DNA of 64,000 nt from Lobosporangium transversale (Eukaryota). How positions within the stretch are numbered: the first letter of the stretch is position 1; each line of letters opens with the position of its first letter. The position numbers and the translations under genes are program-made. The stretch lies in the NCBI RefSeq assembly GCF_002105155.1, contig NW_019028998.1, positions 248,001-312,000 of the forward strand. Direction: 5' to 3'. The notes beneath the pieces are model-generated. The model did not search any database and had not been told where the DNA came from. It was given only the letters and a program-made list of their open reading frames with translations. This document shows positions 38,741 to 52,717 of the stretch, piece by piece.

Positions 38741-41619
38741 TGGACGGCAGCTATTCAGGGGATGCTAATCAATTCCGCTAAATTATGGTGAAATCAAAGC
38801 AGATTTGGAAAACCAACAAGCATCGAACAGTCGCCATTGTTGACTCAATTCTTCTTCCTTTGGGTTGCCAAAGTCTATTGGGAGGATCCTTGCTTGTATA
38901 TCATTTATGCTCACCCCACCCTCAGCCGTCTCAAATTGCTCGAGCTTCTTTTGACGTCTTAATATCGTGGCCAGTCGTTGACTGTTTCAATTGTGACAAC
39001 CCTTGAGTAAGGACAGATTCTGTGACGAGGTTTGTAGCAGAAGCGGGGCGAGCAACGAATGCTCAATCTAAGCTAACTTCGAGGAATCTATTAGCAGGTG
39101 CGTACCAAGTCTTCCAATGAGCAAATAAAAGGAAATATAGTTATGCAGTGTTAACAAACCCGTGGACGCCAGTCTGTTATTCTGTTTTTGGAAAGAGAAA
39201 TGTAAGCCCGACCAGAGGTCCAGACAGAGGCATTCCTTGTTTAACAAGGCGCAGCCTCTCAGGTCTAGCCTCAGAATCTGGCGAGCATAAAACCTGTCCA
39301 ACACACATCTGGAAACAGAAACAAATAGCCCAGCTAGTTTTGCGACGCACGACTCATTTTCTTTCTTGCTCTCAAGAAGCTTCTTGCCAGAATCTGCTGG
39401 ATCGTATTGCAGAACAACTAGTGTCTACCTAGATACCGCATTTTGAAAATAATAAGGGGATTTCACATGCAAGTGAGAGACAGAGAGAGAGAGAGAGAGG
39501 AAGAGATATGCAATGACTGAGAATACTTAATGGTTAATGGTGATGAGTTGTGGCTGATTATGGAATTATTAGACAAGCAAGTGCAACGTCTTTATACAAT
39601 TCAATAATAACCACAAACTAATTGATTACCTTGGTCTGAAAAGTTGGATGAAGCAAAGTTGTAGGTGGCACAGGAGAAAAAAAGGAAGTGTTTTTTTTAA
39701 ACAAAGAATGAAAGGAGTGATGATTGCAGTGATAAAAAATGTAAGGAGTGGCTAATGAAATATGCCAGGATCGTTATAAGTAACGAAGACGGAAGAAAGA
39801 TGTCTTCATAAATAAATAAATATAAAGGGGTAGAAATCTTTGCATTGTACAGTACGCAGATTTTTAATTTTTGCCACGATTTTAACTTGGAGAAAGAATG
39901 CTGCTCGCTTTTTTGCCAGTGAAACACCTGCTGCCATTTCCTCAAACAAATATGTCGGAGGCACAAAGAGGCTTCTGGTTATTGTACCGGTTTTCGGAAT
40001 CAGCATTCGTACTTCTTTGCATTACATTGACTTAAATGTCTATATATTTTTTATCAACTAATGCTTCGTTCTTGATGTATTCATACAGGGATGTGGCAAG
40101 CCGTGTTCAGCCTTACAGATGCTTTGTTTACAATGGTAATTCCATTTCAACGCATCGGGCAAGGACCTTGGCAGCGATGGTCTCTCCTCATTTGCCGGGT
40201 TCATCGATAAGAATATATCAGAAAAACAGGATCGCAAAGGTGATATTGTTTATGCTAAGGACATGACTCTCTTATCTTTCTATTGCGGGCCCTTATCCTC
40301 AACTGCTGTCTGCCGGACCCAGATTGCCAAAAGACATTTTCTAGTGCAAGTCGGACCAACTCCAGGCCTGTCCAACAATGCTCGAAGACTTGTTTTCAAA
40401 GAAATATTTTCCAAGCTTCACGCGCATACAACCTTCGAGCTACAACTGTGAGCTGTTATCCGAAGTGAGTTTAAGGTATTCCTCAACTATCCTAATTTCC
40501 CAAGTTGTGGCCTGGTGTGGATGAATCCCAGACCCTAGATGATCGCAGCAACCATCTGTTTGAATCATCATCAGAGTCCTAACTTCAACTAGTGTTGTCT
40601 CCATTTCTACAGGGATTTCGAACTCCTGGTGATCGAAGTGAACTTATGGTCATTTACTGTAGCACGGGGCAAAGCATTCCAGCCCTTCATTGGGCACAAA
40701 GCTCAGGAGACGGTGTGAAAGAAGAGAGTTCAATGACTTTTCCGTACGCCTTTTTATTTAAGAAACTGCTCAAAAATAGTATTGCTGTTTTCTAATATGA
40801 TACTTATAAACATTATTTCGTTGCTTAGCTATCTCGAATCCCCAGCTGGACCGCTCGAACATCAGTTTAGGCATTCATTGATCCTGTGAAAGACCAGTTG
40901 GTAAATGAAGAATCGAAAAGTGCTGTGGATGTATTACTTCTAGAAGAAGCAGTCAGCATGTTACATCAAAGGCCTGGAGGCAGATTTAGATCAATCTGTA
41001 CCACGATGAGCAAGAAAAATAGTTTATGCAGCACTGCAACTCGGGAGTCATGGTCTTATCAAAAGCATAAATTAGTTCTGACCTTCACTTTGTGTGTATT
41101 TGCATGTATAGGTCGAGAGGGTTGTCAGGGTAGGAGACCCAGAAGGCTAGGAAAGCGCAATTGGAGATACCGAGATCATGTTGATACAAAATCTCGTGGC
41201 TGTGGTGGTGTACGCCCATTTTGTAATTAAAGACTTGATGTCTATCGAGCCAATCAGTATGCCTGTGCTCAACTCCAAAACAGCAGCCTCTGTTCCTGTA
41301 ATTTGTCAAACCTTCTAATTGGACAAAAAAAAAAAATTGGAAGCCAGTGGGCCAAATGCTCCATGTTTATATACAATGTTGCATGACGTTTTTAGATTGT
41401 AGTAGAATCATTCCTCCGAAACTAATGAAATTAAAGTTTGCTTTTTTTATTTGATTCCATGGAACCATTATGGCCATTATTTCATCTTTTCATTCTTTCA
41501 TTCCAACGTCTGCATTAGCTTCATTAGTTTTTTTTTTTTTTTTTTTTTTTTTTTCATTGCATTCCTCATTACTTTGTCATAGCTCCATGATGCCTCATTT
41601 TTAATTATTCATAAACTTC

Positions 41620-43999
41620 ATGTATCGCTCACGACATACCAACAAAGAGAATGACCGTTCGGCACTCATTTCGTCGCTCCCTTCACAACAGTACCGACAA
41701 AATACTTCTACAACGTCTACAGTTGTACACCCACTTCAATCCCTTCATCCACGACAGCAACAACGGCCATTGAACATGCCAAACCAACCGCAAATACCAC
41801 CACCTGTACGAAAAGGGGCCGAGCAACCTCTTTTCTCCTCGTCACACCCAACAGCAGCCCCTGTATTTGAGATACCCACATATTCCACTTTCATCAGAGA
41901 CCCTTCCAATCTCGCCAGGCATCAATCCATTTATTCAATTACTTCTCGAAGATCTCGTGCGTCCATTATCACAGAGCCTGATCTCGATACTGAGAACGAA
42001 TATTCATATTATCCATACTCGAAACCCCGACCTGAACCTGAACCTGAACCTGAACTTAAGTCTGAGCCGATACCCTCACCAGAAGAGCCCAACTATTCAG
42101 TACAGTTGCAGGATTTTAATCCACCACCACCAGATTCCCCTGTGATGCCTCCTGTATCTGCTCCAATAGGCCAAATCCCTGAGCGACAAGAGAGAAGATA
42201 TAAGACTAAGAAGGTCGTCAAACTGACCAATGACAATCTCGTCCTCGAGTGTCCTGTGCCTCAACATTATCTCGAAAAGCAGGCGCTGCAAAAAGGTCAT
42301 GAATGGGAGTTTATGCGGTACACCGCCGTGACTTGCGATCCAGACTTGTTTGTAGCTGAGAACTATACACTCAGACCATCCATGTGGAGTAGGGAGACCG
42401 AGATATTCATCTGTGTTACTATGTATAATGTATGATCACTCTTATACCTTTTTTTTTTTTTTTTTTTTTTTTTTCCATCACACTATTGAAACCATTTGTT
42501 TGTCAAAAGGCAGGATACAGTACTGATATATCCCACTCTTTTCCTGTTGTTGTTATTGCTACTGCTGCAGGAAAGCGTCGGGCTATTTGCTGAGACCATG
42601 AATGGGATCATGAAGAATGTTCGTCATCTCTGTTCCAGAAACAATTCGAGGACATGGGGTGATGGATCGTGGCAGAAAGTTGTTGTGTGTATCGTCGCGG
42701 ATGGGCGCAAGAAATGTGATGCTCAGGTTTATAACTACCTTGCAGCCATGGGTGTCTACCAGGAAGGTGTGGCTAAGCGAGAGGTCAATGGTAAAGGGGT
42801 TCAGGCACATATTTACGAGGTGAGTTGGGAGGGGACTCTTCTTCTTATTGGCTTGAATGTCGAATGTAAAACCCATAAGACTTAACGGAAATGACCTTTC
42901 ACCTTCCAGTACACGACACAAGTAACGATTGACCCACACATGAAAACTGTCGAGTCCAAGCAGAGTGATTATGTTCCTGTGCAGATGATGTTTTGTCTCA
43001 AAGAGAAAAACGCAAAAAAGCTCAATTCGCATCGCTGGTTCTTCAACGCATTCGGTCCAGTAATCGATCCTCGCGTGTGTGTCTTACTGGATGTGGGTAC
43101 CCGACCAGGACCAACCTCTATTTATCAACTTTGGAAAGCCTTTGATCTTAACTCCAATGTCGCGGGCGCATGCGGGGAGATCAAGCCTGTCAAGGGTGCT
43201 AGAGCAAAGAACTTGCTCAATCCTTTAGTCGCCACTCAGAATTTTGAATACAAAATGGTAAACGTAAACATCCTTGGAGCACAATACGCTTTAAAAAAAA
43301 AAGGAGGAACCTAACAACTTGTGATGTTTTTTCCAACCGACGTTGTTGTTTTTAAATCCTACATTAGAACAATATCTTGGACAAGCCTCTAGAATCTGTG
43401 ATTGGATATATCTCCGTTCTTCCGGGAGCATTCTCAGCGTATCGATACAAAGCACTATTGGCCTCACCGGAGACTCCCAACGAGGGACCGTTGATCAGCT
43501 ACTTCAAAGGAGAGAAGCCATCTCCTGACTCTGGTATCTTTGATGCCAACATGTATCTGGCTGAAGACCGCATTTTGTGTTTTGAATTAGTCGCAAAACG
43601 AAACGACGCATGGACCCTGCGCTACGTCAAGGCCGCATGGGCAGAAACAGATGTACCGGATTCAGTCCCTGAGCTCATCAGCCAACGTCGTCGATGGTTG
43701 AACGGTACCTTCTTCGTAGCACTCTTTTCTGTATTCCATTTCGGAAAAATCTATAAGAGCAATCATGCATACTGGAGGTAATCAGGGTAGCAATGTCAAA
43801 AATGTTTAATTATGTTAATAGTCTTTTTTACGTGAAGTAGGCATTAATCATTATTATTATTATTTCTTTGGTAAATAGAAAACTGCTTTTCCATCTTCAA
43901 TTCCTTTACAACATTGTCAATATTATTTTTAGTTGGTTTGCAATTGTAAGCAATAATGGGTATATGAGCAATGAGGCCTTTTTTTTTTTTTTTTTCTTT

Positions 44000-44034
<35 letters not shown>

Positions 44035-45303
44035 AACAAGAAACTTGACACTTCGGATGATTGTCTATGTCAACATTTTTCTAGGCCAATACCTATCTCA
44101 CATTCTACATCCTCGCAAATTCACTCATGTTTTCAGAGAACAGCCCCGGCGGCCGCTCCGATATCTTCAGAATCGTTTTTATCATCCTCAAGTATTTTTA
44201 TGAATTCCTCGTAATTATCGTCTTTGTACTTAGTATGGGAAACCGGCCCACCGGGTAAGAAACAAAGCCCCTATCACTTTTGCGGCAACTTCTGAAAAAC
44301 CTTATACTTTCGTTCTTATTATTCTTGGCATGTACTCATCATGCTTTTTTTTTTTTTTTTTTTTTTTTTTTTTCTTGTGCCTCTGTTCAATTAGGTCAAA
44401 ATTCTTGTATACCGCAGCTATAGTTTTCTTTGCCTTTTTAATGGTTTACATGACATTCTGTGCCGCCTGGCTGACCTATCTTGGGATATCACGAGCCTTG
44501 GTATCTGGCCAAACCACGCTTGCCGCTGTGATTGGTGATTCAACCTTCCGAAACGTGATATTATCACTGGCTTCAACTTATGGCCTTTACTTGATCAGCA
44601 GTGTTTTATACATGGAGCCATGGCACATGGTGACTAGCTCTATCCAGTATCTTTGTATGGTGCCAAGGTAAGCGTGTTTTTAACAGAATGGATGTATTTT
44701 TTGAGACGCAAGGACATGGTGCCCTTCTTTTGACTCTTTTGACTTCTTATATATATATTGCTTTTTTTTTTTTTTTTTTTTTTTTTTTTTCTGGCTTTGG
44801 TTTTAAGCTACGTGAACGTCTTGAATGTGTACGCATTCTGCAATACACATGATGTGAGTTGGGGCACAAAAGGTGACAATATCGACAATATGGACCTTGG
44901 CGCTGCCAAGTCAACCTCGAAAGAAGGTGCAGACAAAGAAGAGGTCACTGTTAATGTTCCTGTAGAAGACCGAGATTTAAACCAGTCTTATCAAATTGCT
45001 CTGGACTCACTCAAGAAAAAGACAGAGGAGAGGGTTCAAAAGCGCGATCCCAAAGCAAAACAAGAGGATTACTACAAAGCATTCAGGACAAGGCTGGTGC
45101 TTCTGTGGTGTACCTCAAATGGGTTACTGGTCAGCATCATCACTTATTCGGGAAGCTATGGCGGGATTGGATCATACGATGCACGATCCAAGGCGTACCT
45201 TGCCTTTGTATTATGGTCAGTCGCGTTCCTGGCTGCTTTCCGGTTCGTGGGCAGTGTTGTCTACCTCTTCTTGCGTCTCGTTAGTGGTGAACTTCGGTGG
45301 TAA
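41620..45303 (+). CDS. Chitin synthase, division 1 (class I/II-like), about 8 exons
   Basis: [95 protein letters not shown]. Confidence 0.97.
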
Positions 45304-45491
45304 AACAAATCCAACCGATTGTCATGATTGTAATCGTAATTATTTAACTATTATTATTATTTAACTATTATTGTTATTATTTAACTATTATTATTATAAT
45401 TATTAAAATTATATTGTGAACAACTATCCATGAGAAAACAAGCACAGTTTCATCTGGCTCATTGACATCATTACCACGCCAAGATCGTCTC

Positions 45492-47918
45492 ATGTCGCTT
45501 TATTCACCTAGTCTCAAGAAAACCCAACGCTCACGCTCACCCAGAAGAAAGAGTACACCATCGCGGCTGTACTTGCGCCAAGCTTTCCCAACGTTGGGTT
45601 CTGCAGCTGCTTCTGATCTAGAATCATCAACTGTCTCCCAAATTAGCCCTGATGTGTTGTTCAGGCGTCGACAGCAATTACTTCACGATGCGCAAAATGA
45701 AGTGCAAGAGACTGATGGAATCGATAGGCAAAAAGGATATGCTTTGGGTAAACAACAGCAACAACAGAAAGTAACCAACAGCATACATGTACGCACACCT
45801 TTGTCTTCCATACCCTCTAACACCGATACGCATGATGCGAAGGATGCGAAGGATGCGAAGGATGTACAGGAAACGCTCGCGAGATTCCTCAACCAAAAGT
45901 CTTTATCTTCGTCTTTAACCTCGAGTGCGTCAGGCCTTCGGCCAATACCCTCAGATAATGTATCTCAATCATACACACCATCTGTACCGCGTCTACGAAC
46001 AACAGAGACAGAGTATGATCAGTCGCCTACTCGATTTACGCGTCTTAGCACACCCCCAAGGGGTGTGCCAAGTACTTCACCAGCTAAATCTTTGCAGGAA
46101 CAAGGCATATTCACGAGACAAGGATTTGCATCAGCGTTAGCGGAACAATGGCAACAGCGAAGGCATGAAGATATAGAACAATTGGGAAATTTAAATCGTC
46201 CATTATCGCCATTCATATCATCATCGCCATTGAATCAACATCTACGAAGCCGGCAGAAGTATCTTGAACAGGATCAAAGATTCTCCATGAACAAGTATGA
46301 CGATGACACGATGCTGAGGGCACAGAAACGATATGAATCGGAGCTGAGATCTACACATGATAATGGCAAAGTTTGTCTGGAAGGCAAGAGGCCCTCAAAC
46401 GCCGGTGCTGAATACATTGATACACAGGCTGAGGAATCTGCACAGGAAGATCAAGAATATGCCTATGGCGATGAAGAGGTATCATTCAGACGGCCAAAAT
46501 TAATATCAACATCCTCAGATCAAAGCACGCTTGTAGATCGGCTTCATAGCTCTGAAGATAAGCCCGTATCTTTGTCTTCTGTGCAAACGCCCCCAGCTGC
46601 ATCAAAATTTGTAGCGCGGTCAGGATCTTGGGCAAAATTGGAAGCCGAGAGTTCATTGTTGGAGGTAGCCGAGCGTACTGCAGCGATTACTGAGGAACTG
46701 CGTGGGGTGTATAATAATCTACAGGAGCTTTTTTCGCCTGAAACAGAGGCCAAATTGAATAGAGGAAAGTCAGTTTTGAGCGCACAAAAGGACATCGGTT
46801 ATGACCATATCAATAACGATTTCCAGTCCTCAGTACCAAAGCCGCCAGTAAGCCCGAATATCCTTAGAAAGTATTTCACTTGATAATGAGGCTCGTCTTA
46901 ATTTTTTTTTTTTTTATTTTTTTTATTTTTTAAAAAGGTGTTCAAAAAGTCCCCAGCCAGTGTGAAGGTGGCATCACCTATCAAAAAATCGAAACCAGCC
47001 CCATTGAGACCAGCTCTCAAGCCGAAACAACATCAACCTTCCCCATCAGAATCCCCAAACCAGCAGAAATGGAGACAAGGTCAACATCAGCAGAATTCTC
47101 AGGAGTCATCATCATCAAAGCCAAACAAGGCTGATGATGCATATCGGCATAATATTATTTTAAGATGGTTAATATCTGACGCAGAATCTGCACGTCGGAT
47201 ACGCCAAATGAATGGTAGCATCGATCTTAATTCAATTACACCAGACGTTGCCGAGGTAATCAGAAACCGCATAGAAGTGTCAAAGAGAAAATGATAGAAG
47301 ATGAAATTGTAATCCAATATGATGTTTTGTCCTAACACCATCACTCAAATAATCTTCATTAACAATACCCTTCTTTATTAGATTTCCACACCATCCTCTA
47401 ATGATATTAAGGAGACGGATACTGATACTAATGACAAACATCAGGAGCAGTTCCATCGAAAACTAAATCGTTGGAAACGCGTGGAGAAGCAAAGTCAAGA
47501 TTTGGCTTCCTCACTGCCTGATTTATACTCAGACCTACATATTCCTACAGTGTCCTCTAGACAGGAAACACCTTTTAACAATGACTTATCATGGGTAAAT
47601 GATTATAACCAGGAAAGTGATGTTGGCCATTATGATGACCAAGGCTACTCAGAAGTACTCACGGAGGTTGAAGTACAAAAGAGACAACACCATGATAAAG
47701 ATCGATACCCGAATTCAAATCCGACAGAGCTCCAGGATAAACTTTCGCAGGAAATACTGGCTGAAATGGCTCGCGAAGAGGAGTTACGTGCAATGAGGGG
47801 TAAACGACCTCAGCATGAGATGACTCAACTAAATGGACATGTAGATCCTGAGGACCTTGCTGTGGATGGCCAGAGACTTTCCAAAAAGCGAAAAGAAGCA
47901 GTATTTTGGATGTCGTGA
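45492..47918 (+). CDS. Uncharacterised low-complexity protein; exons about 45492-46847, 46938-47276, 47382-47918
   Basis: Long ORFs joined by phase-0 GT-AG introns. S/P/Q-rich, basic C-terminus LSKKRKEAVFWMS. No family recognised. Confidence 0.7.
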
Positions 47919-48043
47919 GCTGTGCAGTTCTAACACTGCCTGATATTAGATATACAGAAAATAGATGTTATTTATAAATACAAAGCGACATATTTATTGT
48001 TCACTGTAGAATGTATGAAGTCCTCTCTCATTGTGAAAACCAG

Positions 48044-50307
48044 CTACTCTTCGTCGCTTCCAAGAGCTACCCTTCTCTTCTTGAGGCGTCTATGAATGGC
48101 TTGCTCCTCCTCATCCTCCTGAGCATCTTCTTCTGAAGCTTCTCTATGCTCCATAAGCTTGTCCTCGTCTTCTGCATCCAAATCAGTATCACGGTCACGG
48201 TTACGACCGCGTCTATGACGTTCATCACTATGATGACGCTTATGCTGGGGGCTACGACTGCGGCTCCGACTCCGACTTGGGCTGCGACTAGGGCTACGGC
48301 TGTAGCTTCGATTACGTTCGCGGCTACGATCCCGGCCACGATCCCGCTCGCGGTCACGGCTACGGTCGCGATGGCGACGGACGGGACTGCGACTGCGACT
48401 GCGACTGCGACTGCGACTTAGACTTCTGCTTCTGCTTCTACTTCTACTAGGACTACGGCGACGGTGGCGATCTCTACTACGGTCACGACTGCGGTCTCGG
48501 CTCCTGTCTCGTTTACTACGTCTACGTGAGTCATAATCATCTTCCTCATCCATAGAATCATCATCACCGCTCGAATAACGACTCCTTGACTTGTAATTAT
48601 CGGAGCCTGCCTTTTTGATTGACTATTGTAGTGAAACAAAGAAATCAAAAGGATTTTTACTCTTTAGAAAAGAAAAAATACTCATAGGCCAGGTGCATCT
48701 GTACCAACTTGCTGCTTACCATGATCTTCTCACGTCGTGCTTCTTCTTCAGCTTCAAAATCATCGTCATCCGCATCGTCATGTTCACCGTCGCTTTCCTC
48801 AAGCCCACCTACAGGAATTCCGATTGTCTTTACATACCTACTTCTCTCTGCAGCAACCCTACGACGACTGCGAACTTGCTCCAACTCGCGCTGCTCAATC
48901 GCTTCCTTTGCGGCTTTGGGATCGCTCAATGTTGCTACCATAACTGTCTTAACGTTCTTGACATGTTTGCCTGCAATTGCAGCAGTTAGCTTGCGGTGAG
49001 TCAAGGATTGTGTGGACTGTGGCTGGAAAGTCAAGGTATCTGTGAAGACTTGTTGGGTCTGTAGCATGAGTTCTGAAGGATGATGTACAACCAAAAATTG
49101 ATGCTGATTATGAAGGGATTGTGCCGTGACTTGAAACATCTCATCGCCAAGAACCAGGGACATCGATCCATCGGACCAACGAACAAAACGTGCATTAGAT
49201 TCCTTCTCACGCTCTTTGGCTGGAATACTGGGGTCATCCTGCCCGTCCTTAAAGCGCCAGCGAATTGTGTTTTCTACTTTGAGTTTGATTCGCTGTGTGT
49301 TCTCTAATTCATCAGCATTTTTTTCCTGTTCGTCGTCATAAGTGTCTGGGTCGAAAGGCTTAGTATCTACGTTTAGAAAATTTGGCAACCGTGACAAAAA
49401 TATCTACAATATATATTTGTTTAATAAAATATCCAATATCTCAACCCATAGGCTTATAATAACATAAATATACAAGGTTAGATTATAGAAAATCCACGAA
49501 AGGGACTTCAATTACCTTATTATCAGAGCTATAAGGGTATCCAATATCTGGTAGCTGCACTGAAACTCTATTCTCAATCCTGTCCTTGGAATGAGAGCTC
49601 CCATATTCATTGTCATATCCATGCTCTTCATCTAATCTGTCATCACGATGTTCGTATTTTCTCTGTTTGCCTTCTTTTCTTTTTTTCGCCCTCGAGTCTG
49701 CATCATCGTCAGAGATAAAACTTTCGACAGACTCGGACCTATTTTCATTAGGTTTACAATACAAAATGATACTGTGAGTTGTTACTGTCGTTTTAGAACG
49801 TAGCATTTAGAACTGATGTGGGAGACACTGTCGTTGAGTCTTCCATTACCTCCTGCTTGCACCCTTCATCTCTTGCACATCGTCTTCACTCCCACTCTCT
49901 TCGCGTCTTACGCGGCTGTCAGATCGATGGCCTTCCCGGTCTTCGACATCTTCATCTTCATCGTCATCTTCAATCCTCCCCGTAGAGCGTCTGGATTTAC
50001 CGCCTTCATTGTATTGCTGACTTTTGGCTGTATCCTGGCTGGCATCATCTATATCGTCGTCTTCATCATCGCTAAAGCGATTGTTGCGTCTATGGCGACG
50101 TCTACTGTTCGATCCACGGCCCTCGCTTGCTTCCGAATCTGATCCATGTTCTCTGGCATTATGCTGAGCCTGACGCTCTTGGCTATAGCTTTGGCTTTGG
50201 CTGTTTTGCGGGTGATCATTACTATTGTCATCATCATCGTCATCGGAGCCAAAAAGATCTTGCATAGTGTCTTCCTCGGGCATTGGGGTGTGTTCTGAAT
50301 CCGACAT
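48044..50307 (-). CDS. LEO1: Paf1 complex subunit Leo1 with acidic N-terminus and RS/RD-repeat C-terminus, multi-exon
   Basis: RLPNFLNVDTKPFDPDTY, IKLKVENTIRWR, ESNARFVRWSDGSMSLVLGDEMF, TFQPQSTQSLTHRKLT. Confidence 0.93.
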
Positions 50308-50581
50308 CGTGTATAGTGTCAATAGGGTTTATTATTGATAACCTGTACGCTATGTAATTCTTATTTATGGTGTTGGGATCACTCCTGAGCTCTCGAGGTG
50401 TGGTGAACAATTACAAGTGAATGGATGATGGACAACTGGATCGCGCTTCAACCCTGTTTGGGGCTTGGGAGAAGGAGAGAACAGTACAATTTTAGCCCAA
50501 TTACGTCACCCGCCCAAAAGGGAGCACAATCTTGGCCTAAAAACAAAAGGTCAACTCTTTCTGTCTTTTCGCACAATTTAC

Positions 50582-52717
50582 TCACTCTTGAACACCTCTC
50601 GCTATTATTGTATCGATTACATTACTCAGATCTGCTACTGGGTCTTGCATATACTCCAATGTGCACTTTCTTTTTTGCTTATTATATGCTATACGTCCCA
50701 GCTTCTTCCATAGGCCCATAAATTCTTCTTCACACTCTTCAAACGCCTGGGCGGTGGCCTCTTCCCTCTCCTTAGCTCCCATCACATCCAGCTGGCAAGG
50801 TAAATCTAGCAAGGTAAAGCTCTCGAGAAGGGGCCTAAAGTCGGACTCTAAGTGCTTGTTCTAGTGTTCAGTGCGCGAAGCCGTCGTAGACCCTTGACAC
50901 CAAATACATGTACTTGCAAAGGATCTCCTGGCGGACATAGTCGAGGCATGAGCATGCCCTTCTCTACGTTTACAGCAACGGAGTACCCTATCCAAATCCT
51001 TCGAAAGGCTCTACCGCGAACGGAAGGATGATTAGAACCTATCCATATACAATCAAACTTTCGACGTTCTCGATTTTCAACACATGCCTCTCTCTCGACC
51101 AACCTCTCGCATACTATGGCCCTTGCGCCCGCGAAACTCACTGCCATTGCTCTCGCCAGCCTTTCTCAGTCGTACTGTGAAAGCGTTGCAGGCTGTATTC
51201 CATTCTTGAGCTTGAAATACTGAGCCCTGAAGTCCTGATTGATGAGTCCCTGCGATTTGTATATGATGAAATCAATTCGTAAACCGCGCTTCCCTTCCAG
51301 GACTTATGTCTTCAAAGCTTTGAGCCAAGACTCCAGAAGGTTGTTTGCGCCTATGTGCTGGTAGCCTATTAAGTTTATTAGGATGTCGGGAATTCTTCGA
51401 AGGAGCAACTTAATACCGCCGTTTACTGGTGCTTTATCTTACCTCTCTCACGAAATACAGCTCTTTTCCATGTAGTTGAAGGAGGGTTTTATGCTATCAT
51501 TGCTAGAATCATAAAATTGGTCCTCGATACCTCTCCAAGTATCATTAACTTTTTCGTCAGAGCCTACAACGCGTAATTCTTTTATCAAGTCCTTCATATG
51601 CAACCAGTATCGCTTCTAAAGAGTATGAAGTCACATTAAAGTGCTATCGCCAAGGTATCTTGATGGAGCATCAACATGGTATATATATCTTGCCTTGAAC
51701 CCACCCCTCATGCAATCTTCTCATAACTTTTGCACATGGAAGTGGCAGAAGTAAATTGATGCGGAGGAGAATAGCTCCTGAATGACTTCACTCTATATCA
51801 CAGAATAGCCCACCATGAATTTTGAAATCCTGAAGCCGCACTCGGTTTTGAGCCATGATAACCATCTCTTTATGGGGAACCTGCCGTTGAAAATAATACA
51901 ATGGTCTCAGTTTGGTAAACACCATTTTCACATCGTTGTTAGACTATGCCCAAACTTACAATGACTCTGAACTGCAGAGAATATGAGCAGCTCAGTCCTT
52001 GACAAGGATCACAAACAGGTAGGCTGAAGAACCGCTATCCCCTTTGCCCTTACCTTCCCTCAGAGGCATAGCAACTCTATGTGTGGAGTCCATGCAGGCT
52101 ATCAAGTTGTTATCTTCTATGCCTTGTTGAAGACAGAAAGGAGGACAGTAAGTAAAGTTAACGCCAGATGGTTCATATCGTGGATCAGAGCGGTCCATAC
52201 CTCCAACAGGAACTTTGTACACCAGGCATTTAGATATCTTTACAGGTCGTTGACACCAATTTTATTAGCAAACCATTCTTTACCCCTGTTTGCTTGATTT
52301 TCCTTCATCTGTCCCTCAACACTGGCGACAATGCTATTGCCTCTCGTGAATGCCTTTATCTGTTACAACAGACCAGTGTAATAAGTAAAAATTTATTGAA
52401 AAAAACTTCAAGGTCATTTGTTCAGTACATCAGTACGATACACTGCAATAGACCCCTGCACGTGCATCGTCGTAAGTAATAAGGAAGCTTAGAGGAGCAT
52501 TTTTCGTCTCTGCCTCAGCCTGTGAACCATGGGATGTTAGTCATGGTCTAAGTAAAGGCAAAAACATTTAATATATGCTGGGACGATCATTACCGCCTGA
52601 AGAGTCCCTTTCATTTGGCCTTAAATCATTCTTGATATGTTTCCAGTCATGGCCGCTGGAGACCATTGGCTTCATCCAGTTGCGCTCATTAGAGCCCAGA
52701 GGAAGAAAGATGCTATT
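50582..52717 (-). mobile_element. MULE/MuDR transposase pseudogene with SWIM finger (5'-truncated, many stops and frameshifts)
   Basis: GHDWKHIKNDLR; CMDSTH (first catalytic D)...AYLFVILVKD; WLSWLK...FMVGYS...IYFCHFHVQKL* (CxxH); ANNLLESWLKALK (catalytic E region)...RIDFIIY; CSCLDY...CKYMY (SWIM). Intron-like GT..CTAAC..AG segments are retained. Confidence 0.88.

Noticed and set aside
48067..48421. Plus-strand ORFs rich in T/A/V
   Set aside because: Antisense shadows of the LEO1 RS-repeat exon.
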